64,000 nucleotides of DNA from Octopus sinensis (taxonomy: Eukaryota): positions 21,824,001 to 21,888,000 of the forward strand of contig NC_043018.1 of assembly GCF_006345805.1 (NCBI RefSeq), in the 5' to 3' direction. Every line of letters begins with the position of its first letter. Within the stretch, counting starts at the first letter, position 1. A model generated the notes under the pieces. The model had not been told where the DNA came from. It worked only from the letters and a program-made list of their open reading frames with translations, and did no database searches. Positions 12,355 through 24,545 of the stretch are shown one piece after another. The translations under genes and the position numbers were made by a program.

Positions 12355-13524
12355 TATATTTACATATATAGATATATCAAAATATATATATACATATTAT
12401 AATATATATTACATATATAATATATTACATATATATATATAGATATGATATATATACATATATATTATATATATATACATATATATATATATATTATCAT
12501 CTATCTATATATATCAAATATATATAGATATATATAATATATATATATAACATATATATATAATGGGGCTTCTTTCCGTTTCTGTCTGCCAAATCCACTC
12601 ACAAGGATTTGGTCAGTCCAAGGCTATAGTAGAAGACACTTGCCCAAGGTGCCATGCAGTGTGATTGAACCTGGAACCATGTGGTTGGGAAACAGGTTTC
12701 TTACCACACAGTTATGCCCATGTCTATACATAACAATTTATTTACAACTCCACATGGCTTATCAAAATCCTAATATATGCACCCACAAAGCAAGCCTCAC
12801 ATGATAAGATCTGAGTTCTTTTTTTCTGTCTTCAGCCAAACTTATAAAATAGCTTTTACACACACACAAACACACACACAGATAAATATAATTATTTGCA
12901 TATATAATTCTGTATAACAGTGATATTTTAAGCCTGGTGCGAAAATAATTCAGTAGCTTAGATTCTGAAAGAATTAACATGACACTAATAATGAACAGAT
13001 TTTAAACCCAAAACTATTTTAGCAAAATGCTAAATATATATTTTAATGTATTTAAATTCAAATTATATAATTATATACATAATTATAACTACATAACCAC
13101 AAATACATATGCATATATTTATTTATGATTAATTAACTTGACTATGAATAGAAGAGAGTCCCATCATAAGTAAATGTTCATTATTACCTTGATTAACATC
13201 CCACACGCATGCAAATTAAATTGAGTTAATTATTAAGTAGGCGCAGGCATGGCTGTGTGGTTAGGGAGCTTGCTTCCTAGCTACATGGTTCGGGTTCAGT
13301 CCCACTGCGTGGCACTTTGGGTAGGTGTCTTCCACTATAGCCCCGAGCCGACCGGAGCTTTGTGATTGAATTCGGTAGGTGGAAGTTACTGCTGTGTGTG
13401 TATAGCTGCTCAGTGCCTCTCCGAAAGAGAGAGAGAGAGGGATTGAAAGAACATTTACAGAGTTGGGAACTCAATACTGAGAGTAGAGTCAAATTTATTG
13501 CAAAATTCATGTTGACAGGGGGCT

Positions 13525-13734
13525 GTAATCCTATGTTTTCCATTGTCCTGTTGAAATACAATGCCTCGTATTTCAACAAATTTTGTAAGTAATGAAGAAC
13601 TCAATAAATGCCTTAGTTATTATTAAGCTGCTGTTCGAAAATTTCAAGGAAACATTTTAACTTGGATCACTTTAAAATGGTAAGCTGGTAGCACAGAACT
13701 AGGGGGCAGTCTTGAGGGAGTTTGATTCAAAAGG
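13525..13734. mobile_element. Old piggyBac-type MITE, reverse orientation
   Basis: Ends CAAAAGGG-TTAA; degenerate similarity to the MITE family. Confidence 0.45.
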
Positions 13735-13865
13735 GTTAAGTTTCATCTGATGGTTTGTTCACCTAAATGCCAGCCATCTGTAATTTTACAATATATACAT
13801 ACATGAACATACATATGCTTACATATACATACAGACTTGTACGTAAATCAATGTACATTTAAACA

Positions 13866-13896
<31 letters not shown>

Positions 13897-13898
<2 letters not shown>

Positions 13899-14123
13899 TT
13901 CTTTACTACTCACAAGGGGCTAAACACAGAGGAGACAAACAAGGACAGACAAAGCGATTAAGTCGATTATATCGACCCCAGTGCGTAACTGGTACTTAAT
14001 TTATCGACCCCGAAAGGATGAAAGGCAAAGTTGACCTCGGCGGAATTTGAACTTGGAACATAACAACAGACGAAATACGGCTACGCATTTCGCCCGGCAT
14101 GCTAACGTTTCTGCCAGCTCGCC
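13897..14123 (-). mobile_element. SINE family A
   Basis: Full-length match to family; inside (TA)n. Confidence 0.85.
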
Positions 14124-14155
<32 letters not shown>

Positions 14156-14306
14156 CACACATACATTTATACACACACAAGTTATTAATATTGCTGTATA
14201 TTAAGAGTAAAATGAAAAAACCATCTTAGAATCTTCTAGGCACATTATAAAAAAGGAGGGGTGGAGGCAAAGATTTCAACATATACACATGTCACTGATT
14301 CCTCGA

Positions 14307-14342
<36 letters not shown>

Positions 14343-15356
14343 GCACTGGCCCCTTCAACACACGACACTGCTCCCTGTAGTTCCCACTATCTTCATAAAC
14401 AGGACATTTGATGAAGCAAAGTAGTTGAAGACATGATGTACAGCCTAGATATCTTTGCTCATCTCAACAAAGTTCTTTTCCTTTATGGGCATTATAAACC
14501 ATAAGGTGTCTATATAATCTGGATTGATCTCTCCAGGTAAGCATACTTTCACAGGAAACTACCTCAATGGCTCACCCAATACGACCATTTTCTTCATAAT
14601 AGTCAGGTTTTATTATACAGCAGATGGCTGAAATTAAGACAGCTTTGTTTGGAACATGACCATAAAGTTGAAAATATCATCGTAATTTTACAATAAATCA
14701 ATACATCTATTATTATTATTATTATTATTATTATCATTATTATAATTGGCAGAGCTGTTAGCACACCAAACAAAAAGCTTAGCAACATTTTGTCTGTGTG
14801 TTCTGAATTCAAATTCTGCTGAGGTCGACTCTGCTTTTCCTCTTTTCAGGGTGAATAAAATAAGTATCAGTTGGGCCCTGGGGGGTCAATGTAATCAACT
14901 TCCCCACCCTCAAAAATTACTGACCCAGTGCCAAAACAAGAAAGGACATTATTATTATTCTTCTACTTGTTTCTGCTTGTCCGGGTTTTTTTTTTTTGTC
15001 TGTGTGTTACACTTACGCCAAGGGAAGTAATAACTTGAATAGAGAAATATATATAGAGAGAGAGAAGGGGAGAAAAAGAGAGGGAGAAAGAGAAAGAAGA
15101 GATAGGGGGGAGTCAAGATAAAATTATACTTGTGTGTTCAAATGGCAGGCACAATCAAAATGTTCAACATAATGAAACAATATCATGAAAATCTATTAAT
15201 TTATGCACAGCTTTTGGTCTTGAACTAATAAAAGATAAAAGTGTAACAACCACGGTTATTTCACTTTAACTATCTATCAATATATGTGGCCATGCTGGGG
15301 CACCGCCATTATTCATTTTTTTTTTCTTCTTTTGTCATTAGGTTTAAATGCCTTAT

Positions 15357-15456
15357 TTTATTTTATAGAAGGAGCTTCTACAGGACTAGAACTTCCTGAT
15401 GATTTCATTTGAATGAAACAGTTCTAGTCCTGTAGAAGCTCCTTCTATAAAATAAA
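15357..15456. repeat. Perfect 37-bp inverted repeat enclosing CTGATGA...GAAA
   Basis: Arms 15357-15393 and 15420-15456; 26-nt spacer. Confidence 0.9.
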
Positions 15457-15518
15457 TTTACTCTGCTATGTATTGAGTACTTTATTTACTGTGGTTAACC
15501 CCGACTCAACCGGGACCT

Positions 15519-15566
<48 letters not shown>

Positions 15567-17333
15567 TGGTAGAAGGGAAAGTAGATATGATAGTTAATTA
15601 GCTAGATAGATAGGTACATTGATGAGTCTAGAGATATATCAAGAGATATGTAGCTGAACTGAAAAGAAATGAAAATAATCTCAATTGGTAAATAACTTGG
15701 ACTGAACCCTGGTCGTGGTTGGACAGTGAAAAATGTAGTTTTTTTTAAAAATATATATATGAATAAGTTTTATCATTTTAATTCATCTTTTACTTCCTTA
15801 AACTATAAAGCACATCACATCTGTCAGAGATATTAAAAGAAGTTAAATAAGCAATACCTTCAAAGTTCATTTTGATTACATTTAAAAGTACAGTTTTGAT
15901 TAAATGGCAGGATTTCAAAATAATTTTAGGAAATTCTTTGCTTGTGTTTAATACATTAACATAATGTTTCCAAATATGCTGACCTACACCATGGAGACCC
16001 GCAAGTTGCTATTATTATTATCATCATTATTATTATTATTATTATTATTACTGGCAGAATCATTAGCATACTGGAAAAAATGCTTAGAGGCATTTCATCT
16101 GTCTTTGTGTTCTGAGTTCAAATTCTGCCAAGATAGATCTTGCCTTTCATCCTTTGGGGTGGGGGTCAATGAAAATAAGTACTAGTAGAGTACTGTAATT
16201 GAAATAGCCCTCTCCCCTAAAAATTTCATTATTTTATTGTTGTAGTAACCTCCACCTGTTTGTGTATAGCATTTTGTCTTTGACATTGTCCTAAATGTCT
16301 TGGGTCCTTGTGGCCAATAAAAGAAACTATTATTGTTATTTTAGGAATCAACTAACCTCTCCCACAATGCTGCTGGCCTTGTGCCAAAATTTGAAGTTGT
16401 TGTTATAATTGTTATCATTATTATTTTATTATTATTATTACAACGGATACCACAATTCTAACCTTTATCACAGATTTTTGATTTGTCTCCAGTCTCCACA
16501 AAATATTTATTATAACTAGTATATATAACAGTAACTTATTAAAACTAGTAACTCATTTTACTTCAGACTACCAACAACACCCAAAAAAAAAAAAAAAAAG
16601 AGAGGAAAAAAAAAACAAAAAAAAAAAACAAAACCCACACTGAATTTCACTCATCTTGATGTTTTCTTTGCCTCAATATTTTATTTAGTCAGTTTTTCAT
16701 CTGCTAAAGCAGCCAATTAAATTACACTACTTCAGCTAGAAAAGTGGTCGAAATAAATCAATAATTGCAGAGAATCAAAGAGCAGAAACAGTAGACAGAG
16801 AAAGGGAGGGAGGTGAAGATTGAAAGAAAAATTAAGAGGAGATGTAATGAGTTGAGTTGAGGACAGAGACGGCAAGAGAAAGAAATAACGGCACAAGGTT
16901 CCAAGTAGCTGAATTCTTTATAAGATTATACCTAGAATTTGGACAACAAACAAAACACAGCTTCCTCGTAGGTGGTCAATATTCAGACAGAATGGTCTTG
17001 TTGGTGAGGTCAGTCACTAATAAATACACCAGCCATCTATGTATCCAGCACTAATCAATAGATTTCTCTTCCTTTGCCATAAACTGATCAATAGTTTTAG
17101 TAATCAGTCTGTCCAAGCTATGTGCTGTCATATTAACTGTACTTATACAACAAGTTGTTACATTGAAAATGTTCCACTCAGCTTAAGCTGTGGCCAACCG
17201 ATTAATCAAGTAAATGCAAGTTTTTTGTCAAAAACAGAAATATTTAAAATAAAAGAAAAAGAACAAAAAAGTGTGGGGGTGGGAGTGTGGAGTAAGAAAT
17301 GAAAGGGAAAAAGAGAATTTCTTTTGAACTCAC

Positions 17334-18117
17334 CAAGTTGGTAAAACCCTGCTTCAGCAACCCATTCCCGGCTGGGCTTTTTGTGAGGCCAAGATTGGAA
17401 AGTGCGAATACGTTCATGAAGAGATGCATACCGAGGCATGGCAGGTGTAGAGGAGTAACCAGACGTGTGTTGAGCAGTGTGTTCTCCAGGATAAACAGGT
17501 GCAGTAGATGTTGGTAATGCTGTTAAGCTGAGGTTCTGAGAATATGGATATTGGGATGGTAAAGCAGTTTGGATACTGAATGGAATTCGAACTGGAGTCG
17601 GTACACTGCTGGGCAACCTGCTGGTCAATGAATCACGCACGTCTGAAGTCCATCCATTCTGTGCAGCAGAATGTAAGCTAGAAAGTTGAGTCTGAGCTGT
17701 AGAATTCTGACCAAAACGGGTGCGAAGTGCAGCATACGGCACATAATCAGGTTGGGTAGCAGCTGTGTGGAACCTCTCGAAGCTGTCTGGCAGAAATGAG
17801 GGAAAGATGTGTGTCGAGTTGTAAATGCGATCGTTCATATCTCTCTCCTGGACAAACGGACAATAAGGAAAATGCCGCCTGTGTTCCTTCTCCACACTGT
17901 CTCCCAGCTGCCAGTCGTCAAGCATTCCTTGACAGTAGACACAGCGAACACGGTCCCCAATGCCAGTGTACTCAAAGCCATTCTTAGCCAGCTCTATGGG
18001 ACTAATGATGTGACTTTTAGGGAAATGAGCTGTCTGGAAGGTCTTCAGACATGTCTGGTGATCTCTAGTGGTGTCACTAACATTAAGCATGGTGTTCAAA
18101 CGGCTGACAGACTTCAT
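17334..18117 (-). CDS. First coding exon of an inhibitor-of-apoptosis (IAP/BIRC family) protein: BIR1 (aa ~19-89), S/T/P-rich linker, N-terminal half of BIR2
   Basis: Translation has LAKNGFEYTGIGDRVRCVYC-x16-H-x6-CPFV (C59/C62/H79/C86 zinc ligands) and a second BIR start PRYASLHERIRTFQSWP...AEAGFYQL. ATG at 18117 is directly preceded by in-frame TGA. Donor CTTG|GTGAGT after 17334 (phase 1). Exact orthologue not assignable. Confidence 0.93.
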
Positions 18118-18333
18118 TCAAAGTGAGGTTTTAAATCGCAGGTAGAAAGAGATATGACCACACTAGGGCGATAAGAAGCAGGCTAGGCTGTAGCCAACGT
18201 AGCTAGTAGTAGATGTCGTTGTCAAATCATTTTCCTTGCCTTTCCTTGTTATCATCAACACTGTGACATGAGACAGCAATAAGGCGGTTGCAACGTTTAC
18301 AGAATCCAGGCTTTCCAACAGTAGAAGACCTAT
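18118..18333 (-). other. 5' UTR part of the IAP first coding exon, with 3' splice acceptor
   Basis: Minus strand reads tgttcttttttcttttacttctttcAG|ataggtc at 18334/18333; 216 nt with in-frame stops precede the ATG. Confidence 0.75.
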
Positions 18334-18419
18334 CTGAAAGAAGTAAAAGAAAAAAGAACAAAATTAACACAATTAGATTAATATATAAACATGATATAAA
18401 TGTATATAAACAATACACA

Positions 18420-18840
18420 AACATAAATATACATATCTAAAGATAGTATAATTACATAAATATACATATATAATTACATATATATATATATATCTAATAT
18501 ATATATATATATATCTAATATATATATATATATATATATATCTAATATATATATATATACACCCACCTAATATATATACATATCTAAAGATAGTACAATA
18601 CATAAATATACATATCTAAAGATAGTACAATTACATAAATATACATACATAATTACACACATATATATATATATCTACCTAATATATATATACATATCTA
18701 AAGATAGTACAATTACATAAATATACATACATAATTACATATATATATATCTACCTAAAATATATACATATCTAAAGATAGTATAATTACATAAATATAC
18801 ATACATAGTTACATATATATATACACCCACCTAATATATA
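18420..18840. repeat. Compound tandem repeat anchored on TACATATCTAAAGATAGTA
   Basis: Five anchors separated by variable (TA)n. Confidence 0.8.
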
Positions 18841-19280
18841 TACACACACACATTTGTAAACACATACACACACATATAACAAAAGCTTTAAATATACCAG
18901 TAGAAGACATAATTAACATTTAAATATAGTTTGTCAGGTTTTACAGTTATGGCATATGATACACACAATGATAATATACTGTGACACAGATCCATACCAA
19001 CAAGTTATTCACACACAAAAAAAAATTGAAACGGAACAGGAAAATGATTAACAGAAAAGGACAAACAAATGGGGAAATTTTCTACAGAGCCATGGAGACC
19101 AGACTAAGCGAAGTTTCAGCATGTTTAAAGTCCAGAGACTTTAATTCCATGGTACTACTCCTTTGCTTTTGTCGGTGATATAGAGAATATAACTTGAGCT
19201 GATGGACAAACGGACTGAAAGTGAAGAGGGACAGCAATATACAATCGGACAGAAACAATTCAGCAACAGGATACAAAAAT

Positions 19281-19454
19281 AGGCACAGGAGTGGCTGTGT
19301 GGTAAGTAGCTTGCTTCCCAACCACATGGTTCTGGGTTCAGTCCTACTGCGTGGCACCTTGGACAAAGTGTCTTCTACTATAGCCTTGTGTGCCGATCAA
19401 CGCCTTGTGAGTGGATTTGGTAGGCGGAAACTGAAAGAAGCCTGTCGTATATAC

Positions 19455-19486
<32 letters not shown>

Positions 19487-19693
19487 GTGTGTGTGTGTTT
19501 GTCCTCCCCAACATTGCTTGACAACCGATGCTGGTGTGTTTATGTCCCTGTAACTTAGCGGTGCAGCAAAAGAGACCGATAGAATAAGTACTAGGCTTAC
19601 AAAGAATAAGTCCTGGGGTCGATTTGCTCGACTTAAGGCAGTGCTCCAGCATGGCCACAGTCAAATGACTGAAACAAGCGAAAGAGTCAAGAG
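19281..19693 (+). mobile_element. SINE family B, full length
   Basis: As above. Confidence 0.88.
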
Positions 19694-19847
19694 TATACAT
19701 ACACATATAAAATATGGGGGTTTAGTTCACAGGTGATCTAAACGATTACTTATCCAAGGTAAGTACTGTAATGGATTACCAGGGCTCCAAGGTTATGGCC
19801 GAGACGGTAGTTATGGAGCCATTGCAGATTTTCGATATAATGGATAT

Positions 19848-20162
19848 CACCGTGATCACCGTGACCGACCAGGCTATCAGATGTTGTTACACATCGCTGG
19901 TCACAATGCGCTTCGCATTGTTTTAGCCTTCAAATAATGCCACCCCGCTGGCTAAGCGAGCAGGCCAACAGAAGAAAGAGTGAGAGAAAGTTGTGGCGAA
20001 AGAGTACAGCAGGGATCGGGATCGCCACCACCCCCTGCCGGAGCCTTGTGGAGCTTTAGGTGTTTTCGCTCAATAAACACTCACAACGCCTGGTCTGGGA
20101 ATCGAAACCGCGATCCTACGACCACGAGTCCGCTGCCCTAACCACTAGGCCATTGCGCCTCC
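19848..20162 (-). mobile_element. SINE family C (GGAGGCGCAATGG tRNA-like head)
   Basis: 11-bp TSD ATAATGGATAT at 19837 and 20163. Confidence 0.88.
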
Positions 20163-20234
20163 ATAATGGATATATAATTGTTAAAGAGGACAACAAATAT
20201 TAAGGTAAGGCAAGCATCTCAAGTCATATACTTT

Positions 20235-20472
20235 ATTATTATCCTTTTTTGACCAGGCTCCCGTTGGCTTTTATGGGTTTTTTCCACCAGGAACCTTTCG
20301 TAACACCTCCCCCTATTGGGAGTTTTTTGTTGTTAAACTGCTTTTTTTACTCAGATTTTACAAACGGACAAAACCCTTTGTAATCTTTCGTCCTGTTTTG
20401 TCCCTTTTTTGTTATAACTGATTTTTGTCAGCCCTTGTGGCCAATAAAAGAATTAATTATTATTATTATTAG
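20235..20472 (+). mobile_element. Probable LINE 3' end
   Basis: Ends CCCTTGTGGCCAATAAAAG plus (ATT)n; same end at 16306-16335. Confidence 0.45.
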
Positions 20473-20891
20473 AAAAAAATTATTGAATGTTGCTATGTCT
20501 GAGTCTTATTTCTGGATGTTTACAATATCAGGACTTTAACCCACATGGATTTACGCAGGATTGCACCTAAGGACTTATAGACTTATTTCTACAAGATCAG
20601 AAAGTTGAACTGTGAACTTTTATGCTTTTTTTCTTCATCTCTTTATGCCTTTACTCCTGTCCTCTATGTTGTCATTTCATTAATCTATACCCTTCTCATT
20701 TTCCATATTTGACTCTGATGACAGAATGTCCCCATACTCTGGGATGTCGCAGAAACAACTGTAAGACTTTGAATTCTTTTACCTCCAATAATAATAATAA
20801 TGTACATGTCTTGAGATGTTTGCCTTGCCTTAACATTTGTTGTCCTCTATAACAATTTCATAAATGTACACACACAAACATGTGTATATAT

Positions 20892-21190
20892 ATCACGTGA
20901 TCATGTGACTGACCAGACCATCAGATGTTGTTACACATCGCTGGTCACAATGCGTTCGCATTGTTTTTTTAGCCTTTGAATGACGCCACCCCGCTGGCTA
21001 AGTGAGCAGGCCAACAGAAGAAAGAGTGAGAGAAAGAGTACAGCAGGGATCACCACCCCCTGCCGGAGCCTCGTGGAGCTTTTAGGTGTTTTCGCTCAAT
21101 AAACACTCACAACGCCCGGTCTGGGAATCGAAACCACTATCCTACAATCGCGAGTCCGCTGCCCTAACCACTGGGCCATTGCGCCTCCAC
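20892..21190 (-). mobile_element. SINE family C
   Basis: Same head and tail as 19848 copy. Confidence 0.85.
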
Positions 21191-21357
21191 AGTATATATA
21201 TAATATAAATTGGACATGGGCAATCGTTGTATTCTTTCTTGTCTGGAGGTTCACAGCCAAACAGCTGGGTGGATTCGCATGAAAAATGGCACACATGTGC
21301 AGATGGGTACATACATTGGAATGCGATTAGTATTTTTTTCCTAGCCCCCATACTTAC

Positions 21358-21600
21358 CGAGAAAATCGATTAAAACTTTTTCTAATGGAATTCCCATTTG
21401 TTCCACCATTAAAACAACCAGTTGCTCACACAGCTGGCATATACCATTTCGCTAGCAACAAGGGGAGTACAGGATGACAGTCAGCCAAAACTTTCGCTAT
21501 GCCGTCTCTCTTCTCTCTCACATACACACGAGTAAGCATGCACGCATACACACATATATACACACATCCATTTCATATATCTTCTTTCAATTTCTGCTCT
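21358..21600 (-). other. Candidate non-coding upstream (5' UTR) exon of the IAP gene
   Basis: Strong donor CG|GTAAGT at 21358/21357, plausible acceptor ttttatttgcAG at 21601, unique CpG-retaining sequence 3 kb upstream of the coding exon acceptor. Confidence 0.45.
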
Positions 21601-21681
21601 CTGCAAATAAAATTTTTACGGATACAACTGCTTACAAAAATAGGGATTAATGTATAATTTCTTTCTATGTTCATAATTAAC

Positions 21682-21899
21682 CCTTTAGTATTTAAACCGG
21701 CCATATCCGGCCAAAATAACTAATCTGTTTTATGTTCAAACTGACCAGATCCAGGCTCTCACACCTACCCTACAATGTTATTCTATATTAGGTAATTACG
21801 CCATCAAGATCTTGAAGATATGAGATAATGCATGATCAATTCAAATCAATGGGAATCAATAAGCATTATGTTTGATAGAATAATCAGAACACTAAAGGG
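21682..21899. mobile_element. piggyBac-type MITE, second family (CCCTTTAG TIR)
   Basis: TTAACCCTTTAG...CTAAAGGGTT; related reversed copy at 33213. Confidence 0.7.
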
Positions 21900-22064
21900 T
21901 TTAAATCAATGTTTTAGTGATTAGACAGAGGTCCAACGGAATAGCTCTCAGAGACAGACTACGTACAAATTCTTTCTTCACAACTCCTGAAGCTGTTTTC
22001 TGACAAGGGGGGAGGCTTCAATCAAAACAGGGGACCCAAAATGATAAGGTTGAGAAACGCTGTT

Positions 22065-22140
22065 ATAGATTATGCCTAACCGAAAACAATCACAGCCACA
22101 TCATCCAAACAGACCGGGTGAAACCGGGCTTAGCTGCTAG
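22065..22140 (+). mobile_element. Helitron 3' end fragment, different family
   Basis: CCGGGTGAAACCGGG hairpin then TTAGCTGCTAG|T. Confidence 0.55.
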
Positions 22141-22156
22141 TATATATATATATATA

Positions 22157-22375
22157 ACGGGAAGGTTTACGAAAATAAACAAAAGACGAAGGCAGGTGGA
22201 GTACAAACAAACAAATGTATTAGTATGGTGCTCAGGAAAGAAGGAAAGAAGGAGGGTTTAATGTTTTGAGCGGAGCTCTTCGTTGGAAACATAGGAGAAG
22301 GAAAGATCCAGAGAAGGGAAAACAGAGGGAAAAAAAAAAATCGTCAACGGTACACACGCGGTGAAGTACATGCTA
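22157..22375 (-). mobile_element. Short Penelope-like element with decayed hammerhead motif
   Basis: Abuts (TA)n; core decayed to CCAACGA-a-GAGCtccGCTC-AAAACATT; tail shared with the 37015 copy. Confidence 0.6.
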
Positions 22376-22986
22376 CAAGTAGAAGTACGTCCCACCCTGC
22401 TATATAGCAGAGCATAAGATCTAATCCCACCAGTCTGCATGTGAACACATTAAATAATATAGCCAGTCAATAAAATATGGAATCAGCAAAGTTTCATTTG
22501 ATAAAAAATAATAGATTGGTGCTCCATGTTTGGTTAAGCATGTGTGTGTGTGTGCTTTGGAACATGTCTGTCATCTCTATCAGCTAACATGAAGCTAAGA
22601 AAATCCTAGGTACCACCATTTCGACACTGGTTTGCTTCCTTGATAAATTGATACACAGTTGATGAAGGTAGCTTGTTTTTTGATTAGATCGACTGCGTCA
22701 ACCGTCAACATAGTCAAGTGAGGTTCAGTGAGAAAAGAAAAAAAAAGAAAGAAAGAAAAACAAATCACACACAAAACATATTTGTTTGTGTTTGTTTTGT
22801 TTACAAAAACTGATGCCTCAGTAAGTAACCAGTTATGAAAACAGTTCCGAGACAGACAGACTGACAGATACACAGACAGGCAGACAGTATACATTGGACA
22901 GAAAACAGCTGGAATGCTTCAGAGGAAATCTAATTAAGCCTTTGTAGAGTTGTGCTTCCATTTTACCTATAAAAAAATATACGCAA

Positions 22987-23022
<36 letters not shown>

Positions 23023-23247
23023 TAATAATAATAATAATGTGTGTAAAAAAAATCTAATAACATAAATAGAGGAATACTTTTTTAAAGAAATTTGCCTAAA
23101 ATAATATTTTTGTTACGGGGTATAAACTGTGCCATGGAGATTAATTGTTAATATAATTAGCATACATTATGTGATATTGATTTCTATTAACTAGGCACGA
23201 GGCCAGCCCTTAGCAGAGGAGGATATACATATATATATATATTATAT

Positions 23248-23317
<70 letters not shown>

Positions 23318-23939
23318 AGAGTAGATTGAATCAGCTCCTCAGCTACTACCACCTGTACTGCTACTACTACTACTGCTACTCCACCACCAATATATTTTAC
23401 TATATATATTTACTTTTTTTTTTTAATTGACAGCTAAAGAAGTGGATGGCTAAGTCTAACCTGGCTGGGATCTTGAACTCTAAAACAAACACTTGCATGG
23501 TATTTGTTCTGAAGGTTATTTCTACTCTTCTGAGCTAGCAAATTGTGTATCATCTATTTCTCACTGCAATCTGTGTTCACATGATCTGCTAGAAATACCA
23601 GCTAAAAAAAAATCAACCTCATATCAAAACCTATCATCTTAAAAAGGAAGATCATGTTGGATAGATAATGTAGTTTAAGATATTTTCTTGGTGGTCATGG
23701 GTAGAATGCCTTTGGTCATAGGTATACTATATTAAGGCTAGCTTAGTGCTAAACACCCCAGCAGCAACCTCTCTCATCATCCAATCAATCACCAAATACT
23801 TTCTTCCCCACCATCTGCCTCCCTCTGGAAACATCCCCATGACATCAACAATCAAAAGATCACACTGACCACACTAGATAAATAATTGTTCCTGAAATGG
23901 GGTGGGACTATTTGTTTATATTGACCATAGTAATCAATT

Positions 23940-24545
23940 TTCTTTATTGATCTCAGAGGGAGGTAAGGCAAGTTTGACCTTGGTAGGATTTGAACTCAGA
24001 ATGTAATAGGGCTAAAACAAATACCACAAAGTATTTTGCCAATTTATCACCCCTTTACATCTACAACAGCTAATAATAATAATAATAATTAATAATCCTT
24101 TCTACTATAGGCACAAGGCCTGAAAATTGTGGGTGGGTGATAGTCTATTACATCAAGCCCTGTACTCAACTGGTTCTTATTTTATCGACCCTGAAAAGAC
24201 GAAAGGCAGAGTCGACTCTGATGGCATTTGAATTCAGAATGTGAAGTTAGAAGAAATGATGCAATGCAATTTTTCCAGCGCAGTAATGATTCTGCCAGCT
24301 CACCACTATGTACTTATTACTACTACAAATAATAATAATTCTTTCTTATACAGGTAGAGGACCTGAAATTTTTGCAGAGGAGGCTAACTGACTGGATCGA
24401 CCCCAGTGCTCAACTAGTACTTATTTTATCAACCTTGAAAAGATGAAAGGCAAAGCTGACCTTGGTAGGATTTCAAATCAGAATGCAAAAATCCTGAACA
24501 AATGTCACAAGACATTTCCCCCACCAATTTTCTGTCAATCCAGTG
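23940..24545 (-). mobile_element. Cluster of three degenerate family A SINEs
   Basis: Repeated GAAAGGCAAAG..GACC..GG..GGATTTGAA.TCAGAATG cores. Confidence 0.65.

Noticed and set aside
17206-17333. C-terminal 42 aa of the 303-aa ORF
   Set aside because: Lies past a consensus GTGAGT donor, loses BIR similarity and is pyrimidine-rich; treated as intron read-through.
18060-18075. NVSD/TTRD as a DIAP1-like N-terminal caspase site
   Set aside because: Asp tetrapeptides are common and the P1' residues do not match the DIAP1 N-degron; no support from sequence alone.
19281-19350. tRNA-like heads of SINE families A-C
   Set aside because: Continue into SINE bodies and lack full cloverleafs; not called as tRNA genes.
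19735-19765. Strong plus-strand donors (also 4036, 14537, 46587) suggesting an antisense gene
   Set aside because: Such hexamers are expected many times by chance in 64 kb, and no coherent exon chain or ORF links them.
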